Notes: generated by a model from the letters alone, not told the origin. Shown: positions 24,238 to 35,013, counted from the first letter of the stretch. The stretch: 64,000 bases of DNA from Candidatus Brennerbacteria bacterium (GCA_043799565.1 JAZDNP010000013.1:5847-69846); one strand, 5' to 3'. A program made the numbers and translations.

Positions 24238-25596
24238 TTATAACACCGCCACTTCTCCCGGTGAGGGAATATACGCGGCGATAGCGAGTTCATCACGCAT
24301 TTTTTGCGAAAGCGCGTTCGCCTCCTCCTCTTCTCCTTGCACCACGAACGCTCTCCGGAGTTTCCCGCGCGCATCATGGAGCCAAGCAAGAAGTTGCGGC
24401 TGGTCGGCATGCGCGGAATATCCAGAAATCTGCATCGTGTGTGCACGCGCGGGAATTTTTACGCCATTGATAGTCACCTCCTTTGCGCCGTCCAAAATGA
24501 TACGCCCTAAAGAACCCTTCGCCTGGTATCCCACAAAAAATATCGTGCTCTTCGGATCGGGGAGATAGCGCATCTCATGGCGCAGGATGCGGCCTCCTTG
24601 CGACATTCCCGAGCCCGCAATTATCACTTTCGGCGCAGGTACATCATTAATGGCAATGGATTGCTCCCGCGTAAGCGTCATGGCTAACCCAGGAAAATTG
24701 AATATTGCATCCCCTCCTTTCGCCGCCGCGATCGACTCACGGCTAAAATAAAGCGGATCGCGCGAATATTTTTCGTAGACGGCGGTTACCCTTATCGCAA
24801 GGGGGCTGTCAATGAAAATAGGGATGCGGGGAATGCGCCCCTCTTCCACCAATGTATTCAGCTCGTAGAGAAGTTCCTGGGTACGCTCCAGCGCGAACGC
24901 AGGGATCATCAGCACTCCCTTGTTTGCTGAGGTCTCTTCAATGAGGTTTTCCAATGTTTCGCGCCGCGTATCAACGGAATCGTGAATCCGGCCTCCATAC
25001 GCCGACTCCACAAGAACAAAATCCGTATCCGCAGGAAGCGGCTCCCGGGGAAGGATGAAAGGCGCGGGGCTATTTCCAAGGTCCCCCGAAAATACCACCC
25101 TCTTTCCTTCCGCATTGATTGCAATGAACGACGAACCGAGAATATGACCCGCGTCAAAAAATTCAATAGTGAAGGGACCTACTTTGAACGGCTCGTGGTA
25201 GCGCATTCCCCGCCAAAGCCCCACCGCGCGCGCCACGTCCTCCGCGGTGTAGAGCGGAGGGCGGTGCTTATCCTCCGCTTCCTCGCCGAGAATATGTTCG
25301 GAATCCAAAAGGAGCGTTTCCGCAAAGTCGCGGGTCGGCGGCGTGGAAAATATTGGGCACGCGAGGCCGTCACGCACGAGCTTCGGGATGCGTCCCACGT
25401 GGTCAATGTGCGCGTGAGTGACGAGGAGCGCCGACAATTCTTTCGGCTCATACGCGAAGGGCTTCCAGTTTGCCTCCTCCGCATACCGACCACCTTGAGA
25501 AAGCCCGCAGTCAATGAGAATTTTTGCCCCGCCGGATTCCAACATGTATTCCGCACCGGTCACTGACTTTGCGCCTCCGAAGAACGTAAGGGTCAT
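24238..25596 (-). CDS. MBL-fold beta-CASP RNase
   Basis: GGA..VTG, THAHIDH.G, AGHILGS, FSGDLG, GSGM..GG, SAHAD. Confidence 0.92.
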   Translation of the reverse strand: MTLTFFGGAKSVTGAEYMLESGGAKILIDCGLSQGGRYAEEANWKPFAYEPKELSALLVTHAHIDHVGRIPKLVRDGLACPIFSTPPTRDFAETLLLDSEHILGEEAEDKHRPPLYTAEDVARAVGLWRGMRYHEPFKVGPFTIEFFDAGHILGSSFIAINAEGKRVVFSGDLGNSPAPFILPREPLPADTDFVLVESAYGGRIHDSVDTRRETLENLIEETSANKGVLMIPAFALERTQELLYELNTLVEEGRIPRIPIFIDSPLAIRVTAVYEKYSRDPLYFSRESIAAAKGGDAIFNFPGLAMTLTREQSIAINDVPAPKVIIAGSGMSQGGRILRHEMRYLPDPKSTIFFVGYQAKGSLGRIILDGAKEVTINGVKIPARAHTMQISGYSAHADQPQLLAWLHDARGKLRRAFVVQGEEEEANALSQKMRDELAIAAYIPSPGEVAVL

Positions 25597-26786
25597 AGTT
25601 TGAGTATACTTTTTATTTCGTTCTTTTCGTTCCAAGGTATCACCTCCTCTCCCGCCATATGAATGGTGGTTTCGCTCCCTTTCCCCGTGGCAACCACCGC
25701 GTCGCCTGCGCGCGCTCCGGAGAGCGCCTCTTTGAGCGCCTCGCGCCTATCAAGCACGATGCGTGCCTTCCCCCGCTCGGCCTTCGGAATGCCTTCCATG
25801 ATTTCCCTCACAATTCCCTCGGGCGATTCGTCGTAAGGGTCTTCGTTCGTGAGAATTATTTCGTCACAAAACGTTGCGGCCACCCGTCCCATCTCCGGAC
25901 GCTTCCATTTGTCCCTTCCCCCCCCGGCGGCTCCCAAAACACAAATAAGGCGTCCGCTATGTTCACTCTTCAAAAATTCATACGCGCGCGTAAGCGAGTC
26001 GGGAGTATGCGCATAGTCCACCATCGCCGCGAATGGTTCTCGCACTATATATTCGAGCCGCCCGGGAATTCCGGGGAATGCGTTGAGCGCTTCTCGAATA
26101 ATGTGCCGGGGTATATTTTTCGCCTCGGCATACGCGGTAGCAAGCGCCGCGTTTTCAAGGTTCACCGGCGCAGAAATCCAACCTTTCTCCAATTGAAGCT
26201 CGGCCCCAAGTGTTTTTGCGGAAACGGAAATTTCCCTTACTCCCCCACTCCGCGCTGCTTCAAGAAATAGGAACGAAGCGGCATCGTCCTTGTTTGCCAC
26301 CGCAATTTTTTGACGCTTGGGAGATGCGGCAAGCATGCGGAAAAACCCTAATTTGGCTTCACGGTACGCTTCGAACGACCCATGCGATTCAATATGCTCG
26401 GGAGCAAGGTTTGTAAAAACGCCTCCGTCCCACTCAATAAAGCGCGCACGGTGTTGAATTATCCCCTGCGAAGTTACTTCAACAAAGGCGTAGCGACACC
26501 CTTGGTCGGCAGCTTTTCTCAAAAACCGCTGGAGCTGCCCGCGTCCGGGCATGCTATTCCCCGTTCGATTTATTTCAACCGCTCCTCCTATTTTCATCCG
26601 CACGGAGGAAATGAAAGCGGTTTTTTTGCCCGCCGCGTCAAACACGGCGGCCAAAAGTTCCACGGTAGTAGACTTCCCCTTCGTGCCCGTCACACCCACA
26701 ACGGTAAGTTCGCGGCTTGGATTTCTATAGAGCAGGTTTGCGAGGTGTGCAAACGCAAAATGATACTTTTCCTTAATCAACATCAT
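25593..26786 (-). CDS. murE: UDP-N-acetylmuramyl-tripeptide synthetase (MurE-like)
   Basis: GVTGTKGKST, EVTS.G, FTNL..EH, GR.E, VDYAHTPD, RD..KRP.MG. Confidence 0.88.
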   Translation of the reverse strand: MMLIKEKYHFAFAHLANLLYRNPSRELTVVGVTGTKGKSTTVELLAAVFDAAGKKTAFISSVRMKIGGAVEINRTGNSMPGRGQLQRFLRKAADQGCRYAFVEVTSQGIIQHRARFIEWDGGVFTNLAPEHIESHGSFEAYREAKLGFFRMLAASPKRQKIAVANKDDAASFLFLEAARSGGVREISVSAKTLGAELQLEKGWISAPVNLENAALATAYAEAKNIPRHIIREALNAFPGIPGRLEYIVREPFAAMVDYAHTPDSLTRAYEFLKSEHSGRLICVLGAAGGGRDKWKRPEMGRVAATFCDEIILTNEDPYDESPEGIVREIMEGIPKAERGKARIVLDRREALKEALSGARAGDAVVATGKGSETTIHMAGEEVIPWNEKNEIKSILKL

Positions 26787-27373
26787 GATGACCTGCGCGC
26801 GAGCGCTTTCAGGGCGTCCCGGATGCGCGTCTCGGCGGTAATTCCCTGGGGAGAGGCGGGGAGCGATGAGAGAACGTTCTTAACACTGTCGCGCGCGTAC
26901 CCGAGATTCACGAGTACCTCCTCCACTTCATGGTCACGGTCCATGGCCGCGGTGCGCTCTTTTGACGCGGGGGCTGCAATTTTCGTCGAAAGCTCCAGTA
27001 CGATGCGTTCCGCGGTCTTCTTCCCTATCCCCGGCGTTTTGGTAAGGAGGTCGGTGCGCCGTTCAAAAATCGCTGCCATAAGATTCTCCGGCGTCTCGGC
27101 GTCCAATACCCCGAGCGCGGTTTTCGGCCCCACGCCCGCCACGGAGTTCAGAAGCTCAAAAAGCGCGAGCGATTGCGCTTCCAAAAATCCGAAAAGTTCC
27201 ACTCGTTCTTCACGAAGGTAGAAATGCGTATATAACATAACCTCCTCGCCAGTTTTTGGAAGCGCGGCAAGCGCACGCGGATTCATTTGAACAAGAAGCC
27301 CGATGCCGTGGCAATCCACCACTGCGGCGTGTTCGTGACGTGCGGTAAGTATTCCCCGAAGTGTGTGTATCAT
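26783..27373 (-). CDS. ruvA: Holliday junction branch migration protein RuvA
   Basis: MI..LRG, V.GVGPK.AL, PGIGKKTAERI. Confidence 0.96.
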   Translation of the reverse strand: MIHTLRGILTARHEHAAVVDCHGIGLLVQMNPRALAALPKTGEEVMLYTHFYLREERVELFGFLEAQSLALFELLNSVAGVGPKTALGVLDAETPENLMAAIFERRTDLLTKTPGIGKKTAERIVLELSTKIAAPASKERTAAMDRDHEVEEVLVNLGYARDSVKNVLSSLPASPQGITAETRIRDALKALARRSS

Positions 27374-27434
27374 TCCGCTTCATTATAATCCGAAAAAGTT
27401 GACTTCGCTCCCCTCGTCCGCTTTAATGAACCGT

Positions 27435-27695
27435 ATGCCACGAACGAAATCCGCGAAGAAAGCGCTTCGCCAGAATGCACGGCGCCGCACCCAAAATGTC
27501 ACGCGCCGCACCCACATACGCGATGCGGTAAAGCTGTACAAGAAAGCGGCGGGGGGCAAGGATACCGCCGAAGCGCTTGCCGCGCTTTCCCGCGCCTATC
27601 AGGCCCTGGATAAGATGGCGAAAGTGGGCCTCATCAAAAAAGGCAAAGCGCGCCGGCTTAAATCACGTCTTGCAAAAAAACTTCCGCGCGGCTAA
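27435..27695 (+). CDS. rpsT: 30S ribosomal protein S20
   Basis: MPRTKSAKKALRQ...LDK.AK.G.I.K..A.R.KSRL; promoter TTGACT-17-TTTAAT at 27399-27427. Confidence 0.96.
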   Translation: MPRTKSAKKALRQNARRRTQNVTRRTHIRDAVKLYKKAAGGKDTAEALAALSRAYQALDKMAKVGLIKKGKARRLKSRLAKKLPRG

Positions 27696-28518
27696 CCGCC
27701 GGACTCCCTGAAGCGCTCACCGCAAAATCGGTGAGCGCTTCTTCATATTCCAGTTTCCCGCTCTTTACGGCGATATCGTACGCCGCAAGTGCAACCACGG
27801 AAGCCCCCGAAATCGCGTATGCAACGGTGTTGAAAATCCTCGCCGCGGGCTCGGGCCCCAAGAAGAGACGCTCAAGCGCGGTGAGGCGCTCCAATGGGCT
27901 TACCCCCGCATAAACAGGCCGAAGGCCACTATAGAGTTCTTCCGAGGGGAGCCATGCGGTAAGGCGTTCAAGATTTTCCCTCGTCACGGGAGAAGGAAAT
28001 GACGCGAGCGCTATGCGGTCCAGCTCCGAGGACGCACGCGCGCTCCGCAACGGCAGCGACTCTAAATAGTTCAGAAAAAAACTAAAGGCGGCGGGTTCAA
28101 ATGCGATTCCCCGCGTCTTCGCCTCACGCATCACAAAAACTTCCAAAATTCGCCCCGCAAGCTCATTAAATTCCTGCCGCCCCACGCCTTCATGCGCGAG
28201 AAACGGAAATGTTTCGGTAGGGTCTTTCTCCGCCGAAAGTATCACCACAACTCCCTTCGTTTCTGCCGCCTCTTTCAACGCTTCGCCCCATCCTTTTTCT
28301 TCGGCTGCGACCGGTTCGCGCACGAAGAGCACTTTGGAGTCCACGAATATGGACGGCTGGCGAAGAAAGTCCCGCGCATTCGTCCACTCTTCGGGATTTT
28401 CCTCAAGGTCTATTGAGAGCAAGTCCGCGAGCGGATACTTCGCGCGATAGGTCGCGATGAGCGCTTTCGCCTTTTCCATGCGGCGGTAGGAATCGGGGCC
28501 GAAAAGAAGAATGACCAT
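27658..28518 (-). CDS. holA: DNA polymerase III delta subunit
   Basis: N-terminal ILLFG.D.Y, S.F...K pattern, D..VKSG near the C-terminus, adjacent to rpsT. Confidence 0.75.
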   Translation of the reverse strand: MVILLFGPDSYRRMEKAKALIATYRAKYPLADLLSIDLEENPEEWTNARDFLRQPSIFVDSKVLFVREPVAAEEKGWGEALKEAAETKGVVVILSAEKDPTETFPFLAHEGVGRQEFNELAGRILEVFVMREAKTRGIAFEPAAFSFFLNYLESLPLRSARASSELDRIALASFPSPVTRENLERLTAWLPSEELYSGLRPVYAGVSPLERLTALERLFLGPEPAARIFNTVAYAISGASVVALAAYDIAVKSGKLEYEEALTDFAVSASGSPAVSRAEVFLQDVI

Positions 28519-28591
28519 AACGCCTCCATTATAAATGACAAAAGAGAAACCCGCTTCAATCTGAAGCGGGCTCCCGAACATATGAATCCAT

Positions 28592-29047
28592 CTACTGCCC
28601 CACTCGAAAGATAAGCCTGTTCGTCTTCGCCTTCGGATCCAGATTCTGGAGTTCCAGTATCGCGTGGACCTCTCTCCCTTGAACTAATTGGCCAGTATTC
28701 AGGGAGTGACCGTTGTTGTGGAAATTCCAGACCATGGTCGCCGAACGAACCGCAGGCTCAAACGGCATCATGGATGCGGTGACCGGTATGCGCCGATGCG
28801 TCTGCGAAAAAACGGGATAGCGTCCGGGGATCGTCAGTGTGGCGTCCGGCGGAATCATATAGGTCGTGGGATCACCCCCGACCACGATCTTTGCCGAATG
28901 CGGCACGTCATTCCGGATTACGAGCGTTGCGTCTTCGCAGTACCCGTACACCCAGAATTCTTTCGAGGTCGCCATCTTTCCGACCCCACATCCGCCAAGC
29001 ATCGTCGCGAAAGCGACAAGCGCAAACAGCACAGTGAGTTGTTTCAT
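28592..29047 (-). CDS. Hypothetical lipoprotein
   Basis: Signal peptide with lipobox LGGC; hairpin terminator at about 28550-28570. Confidence 0.65.
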   Translation of the reverse strand: MKQLTVLFALVAFATMLGGCGVGKMATSKEFWVYGYCEDATLVIRNDVPHSAKIVVGGDPTTYMIPPDATLTIPGRYPVFSQTHRRIPVTASMMPFEPAVRSATMVWNFHNNGHSLNTGQLVQGREVHAILELQNLDPKAKTNRLIFRVGQ

Positions 29048-29153
29048 GACACATCTCCTTTAATTGTTCTGTTTGTATTATATCACCAAATAGCGAAAAA
29101 GTCAAATGTTCCTCGTTTCTGCCCCGTTAAAACGCTACAATATAGAGGAACTC

Positions 29154-30833
29154 ATGCTCCAAACAAAGGCACTTGAAGAAAAACTCGCCAAGCAGCGGAA
29201 GGTGGCCGAAGAAGCGGACGCCAAACGCCGGGCAGAAGCCCTGAAACTTCCCTATTTGGACCTCATATCGGTGAAGGTACCGACCGAGATAAAGGCGATG
29301 CAGTTGGTGCCCGAGGCGGAGGCGAAGGAGGCACTTCTTGTCCCTATCCAGCTTGCACGGAAAAAGCTTATTGTCGCCGCGTTCAATCCGGAAAAGCCGG
29401 AGGCAAAAGCCATACTTGAGCGTCTCAAAAAGACGTACACCGTAGAAACGGTGGTGTCCTCGCTTTCGTCCCTCACGCACGGATGGAGTTACTACAAGTA
29501 TGTCGCCGCAGAAGAAAAGGAGATAAGCGGGAGGGTACAGATCGACCACGCGCGGCTTGGCGATCTCATGGGCCAGATGAAAAACCTTGAGGACGTGAAG
29601 CGCGCCATCGCGGAATTCAAAAGCCCTCTCACTTCTGAAATGCTAGAAATCGTCATCGCGGGCGCTATGGCACTCCGCGCTTCCGACATCAACCTGGAAC
29701 CGCGCGAAGGCGGAGGCACGCTCCGCTACCGCATTGACGGCCTCCTCTATATTGCCTACGACGGATTTGCGGCACATGTGTACCACTCGCTCGTCACGCG
29801 CGTAAAACTTCTCTCCAACCTGAAACTGAACGTCGCAGACGAACCGCAGGACGGTCGCTTCACCATAGACCTTGAAGACCGCGACATTGAGGTGCGTACC
29901 TCGCTCATCCCCTCCGAATACGGGGAGACATCCGTGATGCGGATACTGGACCCGAACGCACTTAAGGTAAACCTGGAAGACCTCGGCTGGCGGGCGGACG
30001 ACCTCGCAATTGTGCAGGGAGAAATAAAAAAACCGAACGGTTTGGTGTTGAATACCGGTCCTACCGGGAGCGGAAAAACCACCACACTCTACGCGTTCCT
30101 CAAACACGTGTGGAAACCTGAAATAAAGGTGATTACGGTAGAAGACCCCATCGAATACCACCTCCAAGGAATATCACAAACCCAGGTGGACCCCGAAGCG
30201 AACTACACCTTCGCGTCTGGCCTTCGCGCGATACTGCGACAGGACCCGAATATCATCCTCGTCGGCGAGATACGCGACAAAGAGACCGCGGAGATAGCTT
30301 TGAATGCTTCGCTTACGGGCCACATCGTGTTTTCCACGCTCCACACGAACGACGCGGTAGGCGCGGTCCCCCGCCTTTTGGATCTTGGCATCCAACCACA
30401 AATATTGGGCCCTTCACTTACCCTCATCATCGCGCAACGACTCGTTCGCATACTTTGCAAGCACTGCCGCGTGCCCTCACCGCTTGGCAAAGAGGACGCG
30501 GAACGAATTAAAAAACTTCTCGCGGAACTTCCCGCACGCGTGGACCGCACCCCATACGCAAAACCTACGGTCTTCCAACCGAAAGGATGCGCTGAATGTA
30601 AGAATCTCGGTTACCACGGGCGAACGTCCATATTCGAACTTTTCGCCATCACGAAAGAAATAGAGGAAATGATATATAAAAATCCGACCGAAATAGACCT
30701 CGCGCGCTTGGCACGCGAGGGGGGAATGACTACAATGCAGGAAGACGGCACACTCAAAGTTCTCCAAGGTATCACCTCTTTTGACGAGGTGGAGCGTGTC
30801 ACCGGACCACTTTTGTGGCGCGGCGCAAAATAA
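29154..30833 (+). CDS. pilB: Type IV pilus assembly ATPase (PilB/GspE family)
   Basis: PQDGR, GPTGSGKTTTLY, EDPIEY, LRQDP...GEIRD, TGH.V.STLH, two CxxC. Confidence 0.9.
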   Translation: MLQTKALEEKLAKQRKVAEEADAKRRAEALKLPYLDLISVKVPTEIKAMQLVPEAEAKEALLVPIQLARKKLIVAAFNPEKPEAKAILERLKKTYTVETVVSSLSSLTHGWSYYKYVAAEEKEISGRVQIDHARLGDLMGQMKNLEDVKRAIAEFKSPLTSEMLEIVIAGAMALRASDINLEPREGGGTLRYRIDGLLYIAYDGFAAHVYHSLVTRVKLLSNLKLNVADEPQDGRFTIDLEDRDIEVRTSLIPSEYGETSVMRILDPNALKVNLEDLGWRADDLAIVQGEIKKPNGLVLNTGPTGSGKTTTLYAFLKHVWKPEIKVITVEDPIEYHLQGISQTQVDPEANYTFASGLRAILRQDPNIILVGEIRDKETAEIALNASLTGHIVFSTLHTNDAVGAVPRLLDLGIQPQILGPSLTLIIAQRLVRILCKHCRVPSPLGKEDAERIKKLLAELPARVDRTPYAKPTVFQPKGCAECKNLGYHGRTSIFELFAITKEIEEMIYKNPTEIDLARLAREGGMTTMQEDGTLKVLQGITSFDEVERVTGPLLWRGAK

Positions 30834-31002
30834 AAATCGCACCGTAAGATCTGTGGGCGTAAACCAGGGAATGGCTCACAAAACTCCTTATGCTACGCAT
30901 AAAGAGGAAGGATCTTCCTGAGGAGTGCTCCCGCCTGAGCCGAAGCGTCCTAGGACTACAGAAGTATCCGTATACCCACAGGTCTCATAGTGCGATCTTC
31001 TA
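30830..31002 (-). ncRNA. Rod-like ncRNA, candidate 6S RNA
   Basis: Minus-strand promoter TTGACA-17-TAGTAT (31037-31009); 26-bp closing stem (30836/30996), internal bubbles, branched apex, 3' T tract. Confidence 0.6.
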
Positions 31003-31030
31003 ACTAGGATACTAGCATAAAGAAAATAAA

Positions 31031-32053
31031 ATGTCAATCCCCACCTCTTCCCCAGCTTCTCCACAGGAGAATACATCGCCGGACGATGCGGCGCTTGAGC
31101 TTACCCTCCGCCCCACAAAATGGGACGAATATGTAGGCCAGGAGAAGGTAAAACGGAATCTCCGCCTTATTATTGATGCGGCAAAAAACCGCGATGAGGC
31201 GCCCGATCACCTCCTTTTCTACGGTCAGGCGGGATTGGGAAAAACCACACTTGCACACCTCATCGGCCACGAGACGGGCGCCCACATCCACACGACTGCG
31301 GGTCCCGCGCTTGAGAAGGCGGGCGACATCGCCGCCATTCTCTCCAACCTTGAACCGCGCGACATCCTTTTCATCGACGAGGCACACCGCCTCAACAAGC
31401 TCGCCGAAGAAATACTTTACCCCGCGATGGAAGCGCGTAAACTCCATCTCGTGATGGGAAAGGGACCTTCCGCACGCGCGTTCTCGCTCGACCTTCCTCC
31501 GTTCACCGTCATCGCCGCAACCACGCGCGTGAATCTTCTTTCTTCGCCGTTTCGCTCGCGTTTCGGCGCAACCTTCCGGCTCGATTACTATCAACCCAAA
31601 GATATTGAGCAAATCCTTGCGCGCTCCGCGAACATACTCGGCGTCACACTCACCGAAGAAGGCCGCGCGCTCCTTGCGCGTGCTGCACGCTTCACTCCAC
31701 GCACCGCGAACCGTCTTTTGAAACGCGCACGCGATTATGCGGAGGTGCACGGTACAGGGATGGTGGACGGGGCCGCCGTTACTGCAATGCTTGGAATGTT
31801 TGAAATTGACCCAATAGGACTCGAAGAAGCGGATCGCGAGCTCCTCCGCATACTTATCACAAAATGGAACGGAGGTCCGGTGGGCCTCAAAGCGCTCGCC
31901 ACTGCTATGAACGAGGACCCGGGGACAGTTGAGGACGTCTACGAGCCGTTTCTCATGAAAATGGGGTTCCTCCACAGGACCCCCGCAGGACGGGTGGCGA
32001 CGAAAGACGCGTATACACACCTCGGACTTCCCCCGCACCCTTCCCTTATTTAG
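31031..32053 (+). CDS. ruvB: Holliday junction branch migration helicase RuvB
   Basis: LRP....YVGQ, G..GLGKTTLA, FIDE.HRL, ATTR, TPR.ANRLL. Confidence 0.97.
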   Translation: MSIPTSSPASPQENTSPDDAALELTLRPTKWDEYVGQEKVKRNLRLIIDAAKNRDEAPDHLLFYGQAGLGKTTLAHLIGHETGAHIHTTAGPALEKAGDIAAILSNLEPRDILFIDEAHRLNKLAEEILYPAMEARKLHLVMGKGPSARAFSLDLPPFTVIAATTRVNLLSSPFRSRFGATFRLDYYQPKDIEQILARSANILGVTLTEEGRALLARAARFTPRTANRLLKRARDYAEVHGTGMVDGAAVTAMLGMFEIDPIGLEEADRELLRILITKWNGGPVGLKALATAMNEDPGTVEDVYEPFLMKMGFLHRTPAGRVATKDAYTHLGLPPHPSLI

Positions 32054-32060
32054 TAATTTC

Positions 32061-32522
32061 ATGCGTATCGTCTCCCCTTCGCTTCGCACTACCCATCTCC
32101 TCGCGGGGGCGCTCGCAAAAGAACTCGCACTCCGCCCTCCCCGCCTCCCCCACGCCACCGCAATCGCGCTTGAGGGCCCTTTGGGCGGCGGGAAGACCAC
32201 ATTTGCGCAGGGGTTCGCACGCGCACTTGGTGTAAAACGAAATCTCCCGAGCCCAACATTCACGCTCATCCGTCGATACGCGATAAAGAAGGGCCACTAC
32301 CGCCACCTCTTCCATATAGACGCGTACCGGTTAAAGGATGGAAGCGTAAAAAATCTCGCGCCACTCGGCATCAAGGAGGAATTTTTGGACCCCAAGAATC
32401 TTTTCGTTATCGAATGGGCTGACCGCATCACGCGGGCGCTTCCCAAGAACTTTATGCGCGTTACGTTCCGCCACGTGCGGACCGACCCGGCGTCCCGCAT
32501 ACTCACATTCAAATCAGTATGA
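32061..32522 (+). CDS. tsaE: tRNA threonylcarbamoyladenosine biosynthesis ATPase TsaE
   Basis: L.G.LG.GKTTF, SPTF, H.DAYRL, IEWA. Confidence 0.95.
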   Translation: MRIVSPSLRTTHLLAGALAKELALRPPRLPHATAIALEGPLGGGKTTFAQGFARALGVKRNLPSPTFTLIRRYAIKKGHYRHLFHIDAYRLKDGSVKNLAPLGIKEEFLDPKNLFVIEWADRITRALPKNFMRVTFRHVRTDPASRILTFKSV

Positions 32523-35008
32523 AGAATACAAACTGCGTTTTATTGATAGACTCGCATGCGCTCATCCATCGCGCGTTCCACGCACTTCCGCCGCTTACCG
32601 GACCGAGCGGCGAACCGACGGGAGCGCTCTACGGCCTTGCGCGCATTCTTCTCAAGGTGGTGGGGCGGGGAGAGTTTACGCATATTTTTGCTGCATTCGA
32701 CCGTCCAGAACCGACCCACCGCAAGGATGCGTTCGCTGATTACAAAGCTCACCGCCCCAAAGCCGCCGACGAGCTCGTAACCCAATTGATTGAAGCTAGA
32801 GAACTCTTCCGTACATTCGGCATTCCCGTGGTGGAAGTTCCGAAGATGGAGGCGGACGATATCATCGGCACGCTTGCAACACGCTTTGCGAAAGAAGGCA
32901 ACCACGTGAAAATCCTCACAGGCGACCTTGATGCGCTGCAGCTCGTAAAAGACCCAGTAATCGCGGTAGAAACCTTTAAAAAGGGGGTATCGGAAACCTT
33001 TATCTATGATGAAGCGGCGGTGCGGGAACGCTACGGTTTTGGCCCCGAACACGTTACCGACCTTAAAGGAATCATGGGGGATGCCTCCGACAACATTAAA
33101 GGCGTCCCGGGAGTCGGCGAAGGAAGCGCGTTGAAACTCGTAAGCACGTATGGTGGTCTGGAGGATATATATAAAGCATTGGGGAAAGAAGGAACGGAGG
33201 CGGCCGCGAAACACGCGGGCATTCAGACACGCTTCACAAAAATAATGGCCAAACACGAAAAAGAAGCGTTTTTTTCGAGAAAGCTCGCGACCATCGATAC
33301 CGCCGTTCCGATTAAAATCGCGCTCCAAGAAGGAAGGTTTACGGAAGTCCCGAAGCTCGCGGTCACGGCATATTTTTCTCGCATGGGGTTTGAAAGCCTT
33401 GTAAAAAGTTTTGCTGACGAAGCTATGCACCAACCAACAGCACCTGATACGGACGGAGTAGAAAATCCTGCTTTCCCTCCCGGCACGGTATTCGTAAAAA
33501 ACGCGGAAGATGCGAAAAAACACATTAAGCTTCTCTCCCAAGAAGAGGAGAAGGTCGCGTACGGATGGAAGGAAATATTGAAGGCGCTCAGGAACGATTC
33601 AATAAAGATACGCGGCCCCCTTTTTGACCTCTCCGTTGCGGGCTGGATGTTGGAGCCCGAAGGAACGGACTTTTCCCGCGAAGCGCTCATACCACGCTTC
33701 CTTCGGTCCGATGAGCCATCCGATGCCGCGCTTTACCGCCTCCTCAAGAAAAAACTTTCCACGTATGGGCTTGCGTACGTGTTTGAGGAAATTGAGATGC
33801 CGCTCGTGCCAATTCTTGCGGAAATGGAACGTACGGGAATCTCCGTAAACGAGAAAAGGCTGCAGGAACTCGGCCGCACCATGCGCACGGAATTAAAAGA
33901 TTTGGAACAGCGCATCTACCGGGAAGCGGGGGGTCCTTTCAATGTGAACTCTCCCCGTCAGGTTGCCGAAGTGCTTTTTGAGCGTCTTAAACTAGGAACC
34001 GAGAAAAAACGAAGAACACGCACCGGTCAGCGTCGCACCGGAAAGGATATCCTTTTGGAACTCGGGAACGCCCACCCTCTCATACCGCTCCTTTTGGAAT
34101 ATCGAGAGACGTTCAAAATATTTTCAAGTTTTGTGGAGCCGCTCTCCGCGGCGAGAGCAGACGACGGGAGGGTTCATACTACCTTTCTCCAAACCGGCAC
34201 CGCGACCGGCCGGCTCTCCTCGGAACGCCCCAACCTCCAAAATATTCCCCAAGGATCAAAGTGGGCCACTTCGCTCCGAAGTTCGTTCATAGCACCAAAA
34301 GACCACATATTTGCTTCATTTGATTATTCCCAACTCGAACTTCGACTCCTTGCGCACACATCGGGCGATGAGGCCTTGAGGCGCGCCTTCAAAGAAGGGC
34401 AGGACATTCACCGACTGACTGCCGCCAAGGTTTTTTCCGTCCCACCTTCCGATGTCACTCCCTCCATGCGCCGCACCGCAAAAACGCTCAATTTCGGCAT
34501 CGTGTACGGCATGGGAGCGCGCGCATTTGCAGCATCAAGCGGCCTTCCTCTTTCCGAGGCAAAACGTTTTATGGAGGAATACTTCCGCCAATTCCCCGGC
34601 GTGAGAAAATGGCAAGAGCGTGTAAAGGAGGAGGCGAAGACGCAAGGGTACGTGACAAATGAAAACGGGCGACGAAGATGGTTCTCCGCCGCGGGAAAAC
34701 GCGGATATATGGGAGAAGTGGAACGCGCCGCCATTAATATGCCTCTCCAATCGTTCGGCGCTGACATCATTAAGCTTGCGATGATACAAGCCTCAATTCT
34801 TACCTCCTCTCCCGGATACCACGATGCACGTATGGTGCTCTCCATCCACGACGAATTGCTCTTCGAAATGCCGCGCGGTATGCTAAACACGCTCGGCCCC
34901 ATCATTCGTGAACATATGGAGTCGGTCGCAAAGCTTTCCATACCGCTCCGCGTGGATATACAGACAGGACTCGATTGGGGAACGATGGAATCTTGGCGGC
35001 AAAAATAA
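32519..35008 (+). CDS. polA: DNA polymerase I
   Basis: 5'-3' exonuclease (RAFHALP, EADD, GD.SDN), TGRLSS, DYSQ.ELR, AK..NFG..YG, HDEL. Confidence 0.97.
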   Translation: MKNTNCVLLIDSHALIHRAFHALPPLTGPSGEPTGALYGLARILLKVVGRGEFTHIFAAFDRPEPTHRKDAFADYKAHRPKAADELVTQLIEARELFRTFGIPVVEVPKMEADDIIGTLATRFAKEGNHVKILTGDLDALQLVKDPVIAVETFKKGVSETFIYDEAAVRERYGFGPEHVTDLKGIMGDASDNIKGVPGVGEGSALKLVSTYGGLEDIYKALGKEGTEAAAKHAGIQTRFTKIMAKHEKEAFFSRKLATIDTAVPIKIALQEGRFTEVPKLAVTAYFSRMGFESLVKSFADEAMHQPTAPDTDGVENPAFPPGTVFVKNAEDAKKHIKLLSQEEEKVAYGWKEILKALRNDSIKIRGPLFDLSVAGWMLEPEGTDFSREALIPRFLRSDEPSDAALYRLLKKKLSTYGLAYVFEEIEMPLVPILAEMERTGISVNEKRLQELGRTMRTELKDLEQRIYREAGGPFNVNSPRQVAEVLFERLKLGTEKKRRTRTGQRRTGKDILLELGNAHPLIPLLLEYRETFKIFSSFVEPLSAARADDGRVHTTFLQTGTATGRLSSERPNLQNIPQGSKWATSLRSSFIAPKDHIFASFDYSQLELRLLAHTSGDEALRRAFKEGQDIHRLTAAKVFSVPPSDVTPSMRRTAKTLNFGIVYGMGARAFAASSGLPLSEAKRFMEEYFRQFPGVRKWQERVKEEAKTQGYVTNENGRRRWFSAAGKRGYMGEVERAAINMPLQSFGADIIKLAMIQASILTSSPGYHDARMVLSIHDELLFEMPRGMLNTLGPIIREHMESVAKLSIPLRVDIQTGLDWGTMESWRQK

Positions 35009-35013
35009 AAACT

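Noticed and set aside
31034-32269. Long antisense ORFs (also 32540-33541, 6571-7410, 60914-61720)
   Set aside because: Shadows of well-supported genes on the opposite strand, with no motifs
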